A stretch of DNA of 64,000 nt from Bilabrum cf. latius (Eukaryota): NCBI GenBank assembly GCA_965178125.1, contig OZ237742.1, forward strand, positions 620,001 to 684,000. Reading direction: 5' to 3'. How positions within the stretch are numbered: position 1 is the first letter of the stretch; each line of letters opens with the position of its first letter. The notes beneath the pieces were generated by a model. The model made no database searches and was not told where the DNA came from. It worked only from the letters and a program-made list of their open reading frames with translations. The translations under genes were made by a program, and so were the position numbers. This document shows, piece by piece, positions 13,286 to 24,800 of the stretch.

Positions 13286-14689
13286 ATGCAAGGCACTGAC
13301 AGCGCAGATATTAGCAACTTGTTCAAACCGCGGAAAACGCGAGCGGGAAAGAAGAGAAAGCGTCGGGCGAGGGAAGATGTGGCATAGCAGCTCGACAACA
13401 CCGGCTCAAGCTCGACTGCCGGTCTGGAGGACCAGGAAGAAGAAGACAGGCGCAGGTTGCTGATTCGAGCGGTAGCAAGTAATGTTGCTACCGGCTTGCG
13501 TTCCGCGTCCCACGTCGGGCGCCCGTCTGGGCCGCCGATGAAGAGACCTAGGGCAACCGCTGGTGCCTCTAATCCACCAGATAGCGACATACCGAATGGC
13601 AAGACAACCGCGGGCGCTAGTACGAAGCAACTAGGCGCAACATTCTAGTAGGGCGCTGGTCTGCAGGGCACGCACGGAAGCGAGGATACTGGAGACTTGG
13701 ATGCTACAGACCGCGCTAGGCGTGACCGCTTTGTGCAAGAACAGCTCAAAAAAATGGCGAATGGCAGCAAATCTCCCAATAGCGAAGCGAGCAAATAGGC
13801 TGTAGGTGGGGGCAGTTCAGAATCTGGTGCGATGGATGGATAGCTTCGCGGCATCGCTGCTCTTCGAGAGCTGGAGCGAAGCAGCGACACGTCCTTGTTC
13901 GCGGAACCAGAGGCCGTGCGGCGAGCGAGGGCTGCAGCCAGGCAGGAGCAGCAGTCCAGAAGGCTGCCCCTTGGTCCCAGCGGGGCCCCGTACAGCCACT
14001 CGTCATCCTCATCATCATCATCCTCCGCACAGGGAGCGCAGAAAGAAGACTCAACTGGTGCTGGTGCTGGTGCTGCCGACGCTGCCGACGGCGACGTGGG
14101 GCAGGGAGGCATGCTAGCATACAATACGGGTCTGGCGGAGGTTGAGCTCCCGGCGGAGGAAAGGCTCAGAGTCATCGCAGAGACGGAGCGAGCGCTGGCA
14201 GCCGCTCAGAAGAAGCGAGCACAGGCGGAAGCCGATGCAGCAGCTCTGGCGGAGCGCGAGGCAGAGGCACAGGGAGCGATCGGGGGCGAGTCGGGGGTGG
14301 TCACCGAGGCAGGGGCGAGCGGTGATGCCGTTCGGTTCTCGGGTTCGAGCGTTGCCGCGGATTTCACCAAGCACCGGCGGGCCTTCTCGTACAAGATGCG
14401 GTCGAAGGGAGCGAGCGCCAGGCTGTTCCGTAGGAAAGAGGAAGCGAGGCGTCTGAGGGCCCGTGGGGAACACGCGAGGGCAGATGCGATGGAAAAGGAC
14501 GCAGAGGAGGAGGCCAGGCGAGCCATGGTGGCGGCGCAGGAGGCAGAGCGGAAGGCTCTGCACTGGGAGGACGAGCACCATGGGGGGGGTGAGGAGGAGG
14601 CCGGCGCGGCGTCCAACCGGGCCTCTGCCAGCGACGAGCAGCTGTTCAACCGGATTAAGGGGCGGACTTACATGCGAAGGAGAGGTTGA
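13286..14689 (+). CDS. C9orf78/Tls1 (hepatocellular carcinoma-associated antigen 59 family) splicing-associated protein
   Basis: One frame with 5 TAG (13385, tandem 13646+13649, 13796, 13841), ends TGA. Basic N-terminus (FKPRKTRAGKKRKRR), DRFVQEQLKK, TGLAEVELPAEERLRVIAETERA and C-terminal ASDEQLFNRIK resemble family motifs. Alternative in-frame ATG at 13196. Confidence 0.75.
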
Positions 14690-14854
14690 TTGCTCGCTGC
14701 ATCATTTATTTGCGGTGCATCGCCGTGTATAGAGGCCCCAAACTTCCACCCACAATGTTGCAGAGCTGTGCGGAACCTGTCGGCGATGCTATGCGCGGCG
14801 CTGCCAGGAAATATCCAGCTGCGGTTTGCCATTCGCGCACCGCCTTCTTGCACG

Positions 14855-16726
14855 ATGGGCCACGAAGGATGGCTGTGGAAACTAGGATCATCCACAATGA
14901 TGGGTAGGAGCTACAAGAAACGGTGGTTCGTGTTGAACGGGGCCATGCTAACCTACTTCGCTGACGAAGGCATGGCGAAGCCTCTTGGAAGCGTAAATCT
15001 AAAAGCCTGCACACAATTTGGAGCAGCAGACCCCTCCAAGCATACATCGTCATCCGTTGCTAGATTTGCTATCTACGCCTTGGAAATTGCCACGCCAAGC
15101 CGAAGTCTGGTGATCATTCCCGAGTCTGGCGACGATCAAAGGCAATGGACGAGACAGGTCATGCGCCAAGTACCCCAATCTGCATTATCGGATACGCTGC
15201 CTGTATTGAAGGCTGGATCTCGCAAGGGAGACGGTCCTGACAGCGACGATTCCGACGCTGGGGAATCCAAACGGTCCGGAGGTAGCAAGAAACAAGTTCG
15301 TCTGAAGGGCAGAACATCAACTGCGTTGGTTCCAGTAGACAGCGACGACGAGGATGGAGGTGCGAAGGTTCCGCTGGCGGGCGTACTAAGGCAGCAGAAC
15401 GAGTAGCAGGAAGAAATTGACGAGCTGCGCGCCGAGCTCGCGCAGCTACGAACAGAAGCGAGCAGGCGCGCCTCGAATGCCTCTTCGATCGGGGCACCCC
15501 TCCTCATCAGCGACTCTGATGGGGATACTTCTGGAATCAGCGTGGCACCGCGAGGTTTTCTAGACAGCGAGGACGAGGACGACGACGATGACGAGAAGCT
15601 GGACCCCACCTGCTGCTGCGGCCTCTGCTGCCGCTGCTGCGGGACGTGGAACTGGAAGGTGCTCTACCTGGCCGTCGCTAACGTGGTCGTGCTGGCGCTG
15701 GGCCTGATCATCCTCATCATGGCCGTGGTGGCGCTGAAGAACAAGGCGCAGTTCGAGCAGATTCTGCCCATCCTGGGCATCTACATTCTCCTGGGGACGG
15801 GCATCGTCACGGTGTTTGCAGCACCGGGGGGCACGTTCTGCGCAACGAGGCACAAGTCTGGGTGCGGCAAGATGGGCCTGGTGGTGTACTGCGGCATTTT
15901 GCTCGTGCTCGTGCTGGCCCAGGCGGGCACGGGGGGACTCATGGCGTCGCAGGGAATCATGCTCAAGAAATTCCACGTCAACTCCCAGGGCGAGGTATCC
16001 GGAGCCAAAAAGGGGCTCAACGCGTTCCTCGAGGACGTCTGCAAGCACTGCTGCTAGAATTCGAGCACGGCTCAAGGCGGTGTGGGTGCCTCTGGTCCTG
16101 GCTCGTACGGCAGTGCTGCTGCTGCTGACTGGGCCGTGCTTTCGGGCGGCAACCAGGACCTGGTGCATCCCGAGGAGGGCACCTTGCTTCGGGGCAGCAC
16201 GCAGCCATCGTCCCGCGATGCCGTGGATCTCTCGGTGGACGAAGGCCTTGTGCCAGGGTATGCCTCGGCTGCAGGGCCTGGTGCCGATTCCAGCGTGCTA
16301 GATCTGTGGAGGAAGAAGAAAGGGGGCAGCGAGTGCTCGTGGATCCCTGCCAAGGTCAAGAGCAAGTGCTCCGTGGACGTCGTGGGGCAGTCTGGGTGCG
16401 ATGGTTTCTTGCACTCGCTCACCCATTGGCTGCAGCAACGGATCCTGCCTGTCTCTGGCGTGTGCATCGGGGTGGTCTTCATCGAGATCGTTGCCATCGG
16501 ATTTGCGCTCCGTCTCGTGTCTCCGTGGTGCTGCTCCATGGCCTGCCTCTGCTGCTGCTGCAAGAGAGGAACCAGCTCCGATGACAGCGATGATAGCGAT
16601 TTCGAGGACGATTACAGGAGCAGGCGGGGCTCCCGGAAGGGTGGCAAGCGGGGCCGCGGGGGAGGCAGCAAGCGCTCCAGGAGGAATTCGAGGAGGAGGG
16701 CTTCCACGAGCTCCGGGTTTTACTGA
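14855..16726 (+). CDS. PH domain + coiled coil + tetraspanin-like four-TM membrane protein (623 aa)
   Basis: MGHEGWLWKLG...SYKKRWFVL...LTYF...PLGSVNL...QRQW is a PH domain. The frame continues through TAG 15404 (RQQNE[Q]QEEIDELRAELAQL) into three clustered TM segments, a Cys-containing loop (CKHCC[Q], TAG 16055; SGCDGF) and a fourth TM. Ends TGA. Confidence 0.8.
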
Positions 16727-16923
16727 GGGTTTGTCTGTCTGCGCTTTGCGGTTGCTTTGAATAAGTGGGATTGTGTGCTAGTGTGTCTGGTACGGAGCTT
16801 TCGCCACAGTGTCGACAGGATTCCCGCACCACGGATCGGATCAATTGCGGATCGGATGGCGGCGGGAATGCCGTGGCCGCAGCTTCCGATGCATACTACA
16901 CATATCTTGCTTTGTGTAATTGA

Positions 16924-17520
16924 ATGAACAGCGCTATCATGCAGGCACAGCGGACGATTGGCAGAAACGCAGACAGACTTGATGAAGGCGGCCAGTGGTA
17001 AGGGCTTCGGGACTCGCGTAGCTGCCAGTGCGCGAAAGATGCGGACCCGACCGATAGCGGCATACTTTGCGATCCCACCCTGCATCGCAGGTACGCAATA
17101 CTTTCGTGTGTTGCCGTTGGGTCCCTGTTTACGCATGAGCTCGACGCGGTGCTGTTGGAGGAGTGGCGATTCCTTCCGCTTTTCAGTATGGTTCCGGAAG
17201 AGTATGGGTAGGCCGCATTCATTGCCGCTCACGTCCCATTGAACATATTTGTTCTCTTGGCACTGATTTCGGATCAGAGTGCTGCAGAGAGGTCACCAAC
17301 GTCCAGGAGGGCAAGCTCGGTCTTCGCGACCGGGAGGGTGATGTTCGGTATCAATGCCTTCTGCGGCATACATGTTGGCCTTCATCTCTTGCTTGCAGCA
17401 CTGCAGCCAAAGAATCCATTCGTAGGGATTCTATCTTGGACGTATATAGTCGGTGCGGGAGTGGCTGGTTCATCAGCTTGCGCACTACTAGATCGCTGCA
17501 GTAACGGCCAGTTCGGATGA
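16924..17520 (+). CDS. DUF6713-like small membrane protein, 2 exons (16924-16997, 17091-17520)
   Basis: Spliced product contains SLFTHELDAVLLEEWRFLPLF...G[TAG 17209]AAFIAAHVPL...NAFCGIHVGLHLLL...LSWTYIVGAGVAG, matching from recall the HELDA..EWR / HVPL / HxGLH pattern of DUF6713. Start may be ATG 16924 or 16939; ends TGA. Confidence 0.72.
16998..17090 (+). other. Spliceosomal intron (93 nt, phase 2)
   Basis: GTAAGG donor and CATCGCAG acceptor; removes an in-frame TAA at 16999 and restores TG|G (Trp). Confidence 0.7.
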
Positions 17521-17658
17521 ATCCACTAAGTTTGATCCAAATTATCCCTTTTGTGATAGTAATCAGCAGGTTTGCTTATGTGTCTGCGAATCTCCACAAC
17601 AATATCGATTCCGGAATCCGGATTGCACAATAGCCACAAACATCGATCATTCAACGCA

Positions 17659-20600
17659 ATGCGAAACCTGCTTGCAATCATTCCTGCGGCATTTTTGCTA
17701 TAGGTGACTGCACACGCGGATCAGTCGGTGAATTTGGATGTTGACTGGCCTGAGTTTCTGGAACGGTCAGACATGCTGTTCAGCTGGGACTCGACGTCGT
17801 CGAATCAGCCCAATTCGTTTCGAAATGGTCCCTGGCATGGTAACGGTCTACTTGGATACGTTGCATGGTAGACCAACCAGTCCACGATGTACTTCGAACT
17901 TTCGCGAATGGATGTCTACGACGACCGCCCGTTTTCAGACAGAACCAAGGATAGCTTTGTTTGCCAGCAGCCTCGGCTCCCTATCGCTAGCTTTCAAATT
18001 GAATGGACTGGCCCTGTGAGGTCTGCTTCTACGAGAACCTCGCTTTGGAATGGCGAAACCACCTGGCTGATTTCGACCAATCAAGGCACCTTGTCCTTCA
18101 AGTCGCTTGCTAACTCTGATTGGAGAAAGGCAGACGTAATGGCGTTCCAGTTCAATTCTAGTGCTTCTGGGGCATTCACGGTCTCGTTGAATCCGAAGCA
18201 GGCGGCGTCAACATGGGCGCACAAGTGCCCGGACTACGAATACAACCCTCCCGCCGATGTCTTGCCCATTGGTCACGGACTGCAGGGCTCTGTGCTTCGG
18301 CAAAGGCATCTAATCAACACCTCTCATTCCACTGCAATGGCTATCTGGTCACCCTCCTCTGGTCCGATTGCTGTGGAATCAGGCCGAGCATCGCTGCCTG
18401 CCGGTGGGACCGAACTGGCCATCAGCATATCGGGGGTCACCCCAGACCTCGAGTCTTCCATCGTTAATGCAACGGAGCAGGTTCTGCTAGCCCAACAGCT
18501 TGGTTACGCTGGAGTCAGCGAGTTGAACGCGGCCTGGTGGCACGCATACTGGCCCAGCGGAGGTTTCATCACGCTGAACGAGTCCATCGTGGAGTCGTTC
18601 TACTACCAGCAGGTGAGCTAGCAGCGACAATATAGGTGCAACGATGTGCTCAAGAACGTTTTGAGTAGCGCACAAAGTAATGTACCACCTCATCATGCCA
18701 TTATTGCCCAATTGCACGCATCATGTTCCGCAGATCTTCAAGTTCGCATGCGCGGCTCGCGGAGACCGACGAGTGGTGCACGACCTGCAGGGGCCCTGGT
18801 TCTACGAGGGAACAGCATGGCCTGATTTGCATTGGGGTGAGCACAGTACAGCACGGCACGGCACCAGGTGCAGGTGCAGGTGCAGGCGCAGCCGCAATAT
18901 TGCACACACTTGCCGGTGGGTGGTCACTCCCGGTGGGTGGCCCGACCTCCCGATGACAGCTCGGTGCAAGATTACTCCATCCTGTTTTGCTCCAATGTGT
19001 TCATAGATGTTCCCACAAAATGGTATCCCCTAAGCTGCGTAACTCTTGCCTGCTCCACAACGCCTCTCAGATATGAACCTGCAGCTAACGTACACGCTTC
19101 CCGCCCGGGCCAACAGGCACGAGCTGGGAGACTCGCTGTGGACATGGCTCGCAGACGTGGCTCCAAGCTTCGAGCAGAACGTCAATTCGAGCTGGGCCGG
19201 GACCATGGCTGCCCCAGTGGGTGCCTCGAGTTTGAATGCCATCATGACGTGCTACTGGGACCACGCGGTGGACAACAAAGGAGACTGCATCACCGGCAGC
19301 CCATCGATTACCGGCAACCTGCTGTGGGTGCTGCAGGTCGTGTACGAGCAGTACCGCCGCGCCACTGAGACGTCGAGGACACAAATGCGCACATCAGTGT
19401 TCCAGCCTATCTTCCCCAAGGCAATCGCGTTTTATCAGAAGCTGATTGAGATGGGCGCTCACGACGGAGACGGCGTCCTGCACCTGCCCAAGACCTACTC
19501 CCCGGAATACCCCGGTCCCAGAGGCACCGACACGAGCTACGACCTGGCACTGCTCGAGTGGGCTCTGCAGACCGTGCTGGGAGACGTTTCTCTGGGCCTA
19601 TCGTCCCACCCCGGTGCAGCTCAATGGCGCTCCATGCAGCAGCACCTCACCCCCCTCGTCCAAGACGATGCGACGGGGTGGTACATCGCCCGCGACGTGC
19701 CGTTGGCCGTGTCGCACAGGCACTACTCCCACCTCTTCAAGGTATGGCCGCTGCAGACTCAGGATCTGCGGCCCGGTCAGACCGTGGAAAGCGAGCTGCA
19801 ATCGAGCACCGCGGCCCCACTGGGAGAGCTTGAAGGACTCGCGCTGGCTGAACGCAGCGTGGACCACTGGATCGGCATGACAGGCGCTCTCACTGGATTC
19901 TGCCGAGGCCCAGTCTCCTCCATGTCGGCCCTGATGGGCCGGCCGACCGGGTCCTGGACCAACGTCACGTACCTGCTCTTCAATTACATCACAGAGAACG
20001 AGATGTACTTCGAGTCGGGCGGGCCCTGCACGGAGACCCCTAGCGGGGGCGCCATGGCCCTGCTCGAGTCCATGATGCAGGTGCACAACGATACGATTCA
20101 CCTGTATAGAGGCGTGCTGGACCTCCCCGGGAGCAATTCGACCGACTCGTCGCACGCTGCAGCGTTCCATCAGCTCAGCGCCCCTGATGGTGTTCTGGTC
20201 ACGGCCCAGCGCGGCACCGTAGGTGCCGACGATCGCCCGCGCACTACCCTGGTCGGCATCGACGTTCACGCCGACGCACCCCCTCAAGGTTCGTGGGACG
20301 CGGTCCGCATTGCTGCCGACATGCCGGCCCCCAAGGATGGCGGGTGGCACCTGGCGTACGCGACGCCTGGCTTGGATCCCAGCAGCATCACGGTGGAGGT
20401 CACGCCCACCAGGGACCTGCCCGACCCCGAGGGGCAGGCCTTCGAGCGAGTCACCGTCACCGTGCGAGGACTCAAGCCTGGACAGGGGGCGGCATTCGAC
20501 GTGGTTCCGCCAAAGAACTCCCCGCATACTTCACCCCCGGAATCGGCTTTGTCGCAGCCCAGCATGTCTCCTGCAGCGGGGTGCCCCTCGCAGATGAACT

Positions 20601-21235
20601 ACTGGGGAGTGCGCAGCAAGAGCTCCGTGCCGGCCCTGATCGCACCCTGCAGCAACGGCACCACCGCCAACTCTTCGCAGCACTGGCAGTACGACGCGCC
20701 CACCGGCCGCTTCCTCCTCTCGGCCTCCGTGGAGGCGGGCGCCAAGCTCGTGTGCCTGACGGCCCCGTGCACGGATTCTCTCGCACACGTGGCCGGCGGT
20801 GCTCCCTTGGACGACCTGGCCACTGTGGAGCCGTGCGCGGACCAGTCTCCCCCACAGGTCAACATCGAGCCGCTGGCACCCGGGATCGCACACGCCGCCG
20901 CGACCACCAGCGGCGGTGCAGGGGGTGCTGCAGCGCAGCCCGGATGCTTCCCGTCCAAGTCCCAGCGGTGCAATGGCGTGAACCAGCAGTGGGACATCGC
21001 CAGCTCCAAGTACAACCCCTCCTCCAGCCTCCTCGTGACCAGGCAGTCCAGCGGGCAATGCCTGGGCGTTCCGGGGGCAGTCGGGCCCACGCTGATCATG
21101 TATGCGTGCGATGATCACTTTGAGCAGTTTGACAACGAGGGCTTCTTGGTGGATGCCGAGAAAAAGCTGCTGCTGTCGGCGAACTCGGGGCCGGGCTGGG
21201 GCCCGGACTACTGCGTGACCGCGGCGAGCTCGTGA
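17659..21235 (+). CDS. Secreted GH95-like alpha-L-fucosidase with C-terminal ricin-B/CBM13-like region, 3 exons (17659-18612, 18734-18836, 19071-21235)
   Basis: Signal peptide MRNLLAIIPAAFLL[TAG]VTAHA; VDWPEFLERSD, GNGLLG, FELSRMDVYDDR, FYYQQIFKFACAAR, DLQGPW, WPDLHW-DMNLQLTY, HLPKTYSPEY, SHRHYSHL, ENEMYFESGGPCTETP. C-terminal QHW/QQW motifs with Cys. TAG at 17701 and 17869; ends TGA. Confidence 0.85.
18613..18733 (+). other. Spliceosomal intron (121 nt, phase 0)
   Basis: CAG|GTGAGC donor and TTCCGCAG acceptor; joins FYYQQ to IFKFA. Confidence 0.85.
18837..19070 (+). other. Spliceosomal intron (234 nt, phase 1) containing a short (CAGGTG)n run
   Basis: G|GTGAGC donor and CCTCTCAG acceptor; joins LHW-G|AT to give WDMNLQL. 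Confidence 0.85.
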
Positions 21236-21804
21236 TGGGATGCATCCGGTCGACTATAGTCAGATCTGATCTCGATCCCGTCTTGCAGTCCACTTTCGTC
21301 GTTTATACCTCACTCAGTCAATCAAGAAGGCGTGCCGATCCAGATGGCCCAGCACGGCATCAAAACTCAATGGTGTCATCATCCTAGATTTCAGGCGAGT
21401 CGCTGACAAAACATTCTGCTTCAAACGAAGCCCATTGTGTCTATGCTCGCGCGATAGAAACGTAGCAACTAGCATGCATTCATTTATCAGGAATTGTGTC
21501 TAACTGTATTGTAATTTTGCGACAGAATGCATGCGAAAGAGAGAACCAAAGGCAATCATGATGTGCCACAGAGTTGCGCACTGGCAGTCGTCGGTCACGT
21601 GAGTCTTGGAAGGTTGGGGGAGCAATTGCATTCTGCCGCTGTGTGGGGATGAGCGCTCACGTGCATTCCTTCCGAGCGGGCTACAGCATGCGACTGCCAG
21701 TGGCACCTTGTTGTTGGACGACAGCATGAGGCCAAGGCTGGTCTGAGCAGCTAAGTTGAACAAAGATTTCAATGACGAAGCCCGCCCAACGTCTACAATC
21801 AACT

Positions 21805-24800
21805 TCAATCAGGCCGGACGGCTCTCCTGAGACAGCCGAAAATCACCGAATGCTGCATCATCGCGGGGAAGGAGCAGAACGCCCACGCTGACGGCAGCCC
21901 GGTGATCAAGTCCACAAGCCCAAACACGGTCTGCAGCCCGATGTGCAGTACCAACGACACCCCAAGCACAACGTACGACAGCACACGAAGGCCGAAGCCG
22001 TCGAACACTGCGCGCTGCATGTATGAGTACGCCTGAAGCGCACTGATGGCCACATCTTCAGCGCTCAGGTGCCTCTAGTGCTCCGGCACGGGCTGAAGCA
22101 CCGGCTGCACGCCACCAGCCTGCGGGTCTGCCACGAGCTTCGCGCGACGCAGGACGCCGTTCTCTCCAAGATCGCCCTGGTGACTCGAGCAAGGCAGCTC
22201 ACCGTGCCTGCAGAAGCCTAGGAAAGAGGCGTGGAGCCTCAACACAAGTCCCATAATTAGCAGCATGCTCTGACTAATGGCGCTTGCCACCATGTAGCAC
22301 GTGATGAAGCCCAGGGACAGACCGAGTGCCACCACCCGAGTGGGCCCCCCAGCGTAAACGACGCCGATTCCAAACACGCAGATGAATGCAACCGCTGTGG
22401 CTAGCGCCCAGCGCCATGGCGGTGTGTCGATCAGCTGGTCCAGCAGGGTCGAGACGAACACGGAGCAGCACCCGGGCTAGCTCTGGCTCGCTGGCCCTGC
22501 CGCTGCCTTCAGAGGATTTGCTTTCCTATCGGAGTCTGCACCGCCCTCGCTGGTTGCGGTGCCGGCGCCATTTCCATTGCTGGTGCTGTTGTACAGCTCA
22601 TGCGAAAGGGGCGGGCTGCGGTTGGCTGGCTTCCTGCAGCAGCACAGGCATCCACAGGACTCCTCTTCTTCGGCTGGGTTGACGGGCCCGCAGCACCGGC
22701 CGCAGCACTCCGTGAAAGCCAGTGCGAGGGCCCACAGCAGCACGATTGACATGGCCGACCAGATGATTGTGCCCCAAACCGTCCACGTGTACTCGGCAGC
22801 CACCGCCGGCTGCGCGGCGCACAGCACCACCACGATGCCCCACGCCGCGAGCACCCGGACGAGCAGCCCAAGAGGGTGCCTGAGCTGCGTTTCATCCACG
22901 AACTGGCCCAGGACAAAGTCGGACTTCTCCACGGCAGCGTGCTTCACGGTGCCGTGGCCCCGAGCTGCGGCCTTGCGCTGGCCCAGCCTCAGAGTTTCCC
23001 AAGCCTCGCTCACATCGTCGAGAATGTTTCCCCACCAGTGAGGGCTGTAGGCGACGGACGACATGATTACCAAAATACCATTCAGCATCACGAGCAACCC
23101 CGAAATCGTGAAGAACCCGCTCGGCTGTACCGCGATTGTAGCCCCCGCGAGCGCAAACTGCAGGATGGATCGAAGCAAAAGCACCCAAGTGCCCTTGGCG
23201 ATGGTAAGCCAGCTCACGTGTCCACCGGACGGGCCGCGCCCAGTCGCAACATACCCCGCCTCTCCGGACAGGACGCTCGACACGATGGCGTATCCAACCA
23301 TCTCATTTGCAGTGCTGTGGTACAGGCAGAGAGGCGACCAGAACACCTCCTTGACCATGCGTGCGATCTCACCCTGCATGCAGCGGTCAATGATGACCAG
23401 CAGGACAGGCAGCGCCCCGGCTTGCAGCACCCACGGAGAGGCAAATGACAGGTATAGCCCGCCCAGCGAAGCAGACGTCTGGCCGGACAGAGAACTAAGG
23501 GCCAGAGCCAGCCCGAGTAGCACAGCCATGATGAAGCTAATCCCACTGGTGACAAAGTATCCGAACAGCGAGTGGAACAGTGCAAAGTTCTTGTGCATGC
23601 TCATCGTGAACGACAGCTGGTGCATGTCCCGGGATCGCATGACACCGCCGGACCCCGCTGAGATTTTGAACTTGAAGGACAGCGCGTTTAGGTACACCTC
23701 CTCTCGACCCTTGCCCCACGACAGCATGTCGCTGTGTCGGCTCGTGTAGCCCTTTGCTGCTACAATAAAGCCGCTAAACACGTCCTCGCTCAGGTTCAGC
23801 TGGGGCGATGCCTTGGAGAGAGCACCGGCGGCCCCTCGGACGTAGTGCGTGTTCCAAGCATCAGGATGCCCGTAGTGCATCCTCAGTCCCGCTAGCTGGT
23901 CAAAGACGCGCTGCTACAAACGGCCAAAAACGGACTCGGCCACCGCCTCGGCGGATCCCACTGGGCTGACGTCCTCTGTGACGATTTCTTCCGGGAGACC
24001 CACGAGGGTGACGGTGTTCGAGGGGTCGTCGATGTACTTGGCAACTCCGAGGTCCGCAGACCTGGGTGCCGGCACCCGAGGGTACATGGTCGAGCGCATC
24101 AGCAGGGGGATCTTTTGCGTCTCCAGGGCCCAACCGTCCTGGTTGCAATCGAGCGTGAAGCAGAAGTGGCCAGTCACAAAGCGGATACCCATGCTCTGGT
24201 TGGCTGCCTTGCCTTGGGTCGCCCACAAACCCTTGCCGAGACGCAGTGGCGCATGTCTCTGGATCATACGCATCACATCAATGTTGATCTGCTGCCTTTC
24301 CCCTTGCTACAGAGGAGACCCCGGCCATCGCATCTGGTCGTTAAGACTCCAGTCATTCGGGCGACCGGGACCGTCACGGTGCCGCACCCTGAAGGCCAAC
24401 GCAAACTTCATCTCACCAGTCGTCCGGATGTGTCGTTCAAGATCAGTATAAATCCCGAGGCTCGTGGCCTTTGCAAAAATCCCCCTCAGCAGAGCGTAGC
24501 ACAACCAACTGTCGCCATACCTGGCCTTGTAGTCGTTGTTGTTGATCCTTTCCAGGAGCTTGTCGAATGGCTACAATGCACCAGTCTCGCCCGCTTCTGG
24601 CTGGTCTTTGAGCCCACCTAGCTCAACGCTGGTAACAACCGTGATATTGCGACCCTTCAGTCTCGGGTGCGTTGCGAGCAGCCCAACGAGCCGATCGGCC
24701 GTGGTGGCGTTTCTGGTTCCCCCAATGCGACCCGGGGCCACATCGTTTCCGTTCCACTTCATTCCTCCAATCGTCTGATGACTCAAAACGACCTGGAAGA

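Noticed and set aside
14690-14854. N-terminal extension or readthrough linking the C9orf78-like gene to the PH gene (same frame, separated by one TGA)
   Set aside because: The family C-terminal motif ends right at the TGA, the intervening translation is not protein-like, and the PH domain begins at its own ATG 14855.
19598-21118. Long antisense or alternative-frame ORFs (e.g. 19598..20527, 25030..25872, 45545..46450, 46535..47707, 62308..63126)
   Set aside because: These are shadows of GC-rich coding sequence overlapping well-supported genes, with no recognisable motifs.
21500-21808. ORF downstream of the glucan synthase
   Set aside because: Different frame, lies in the AT-richer convergent spacer and has no motifs; probably 3' UTR.
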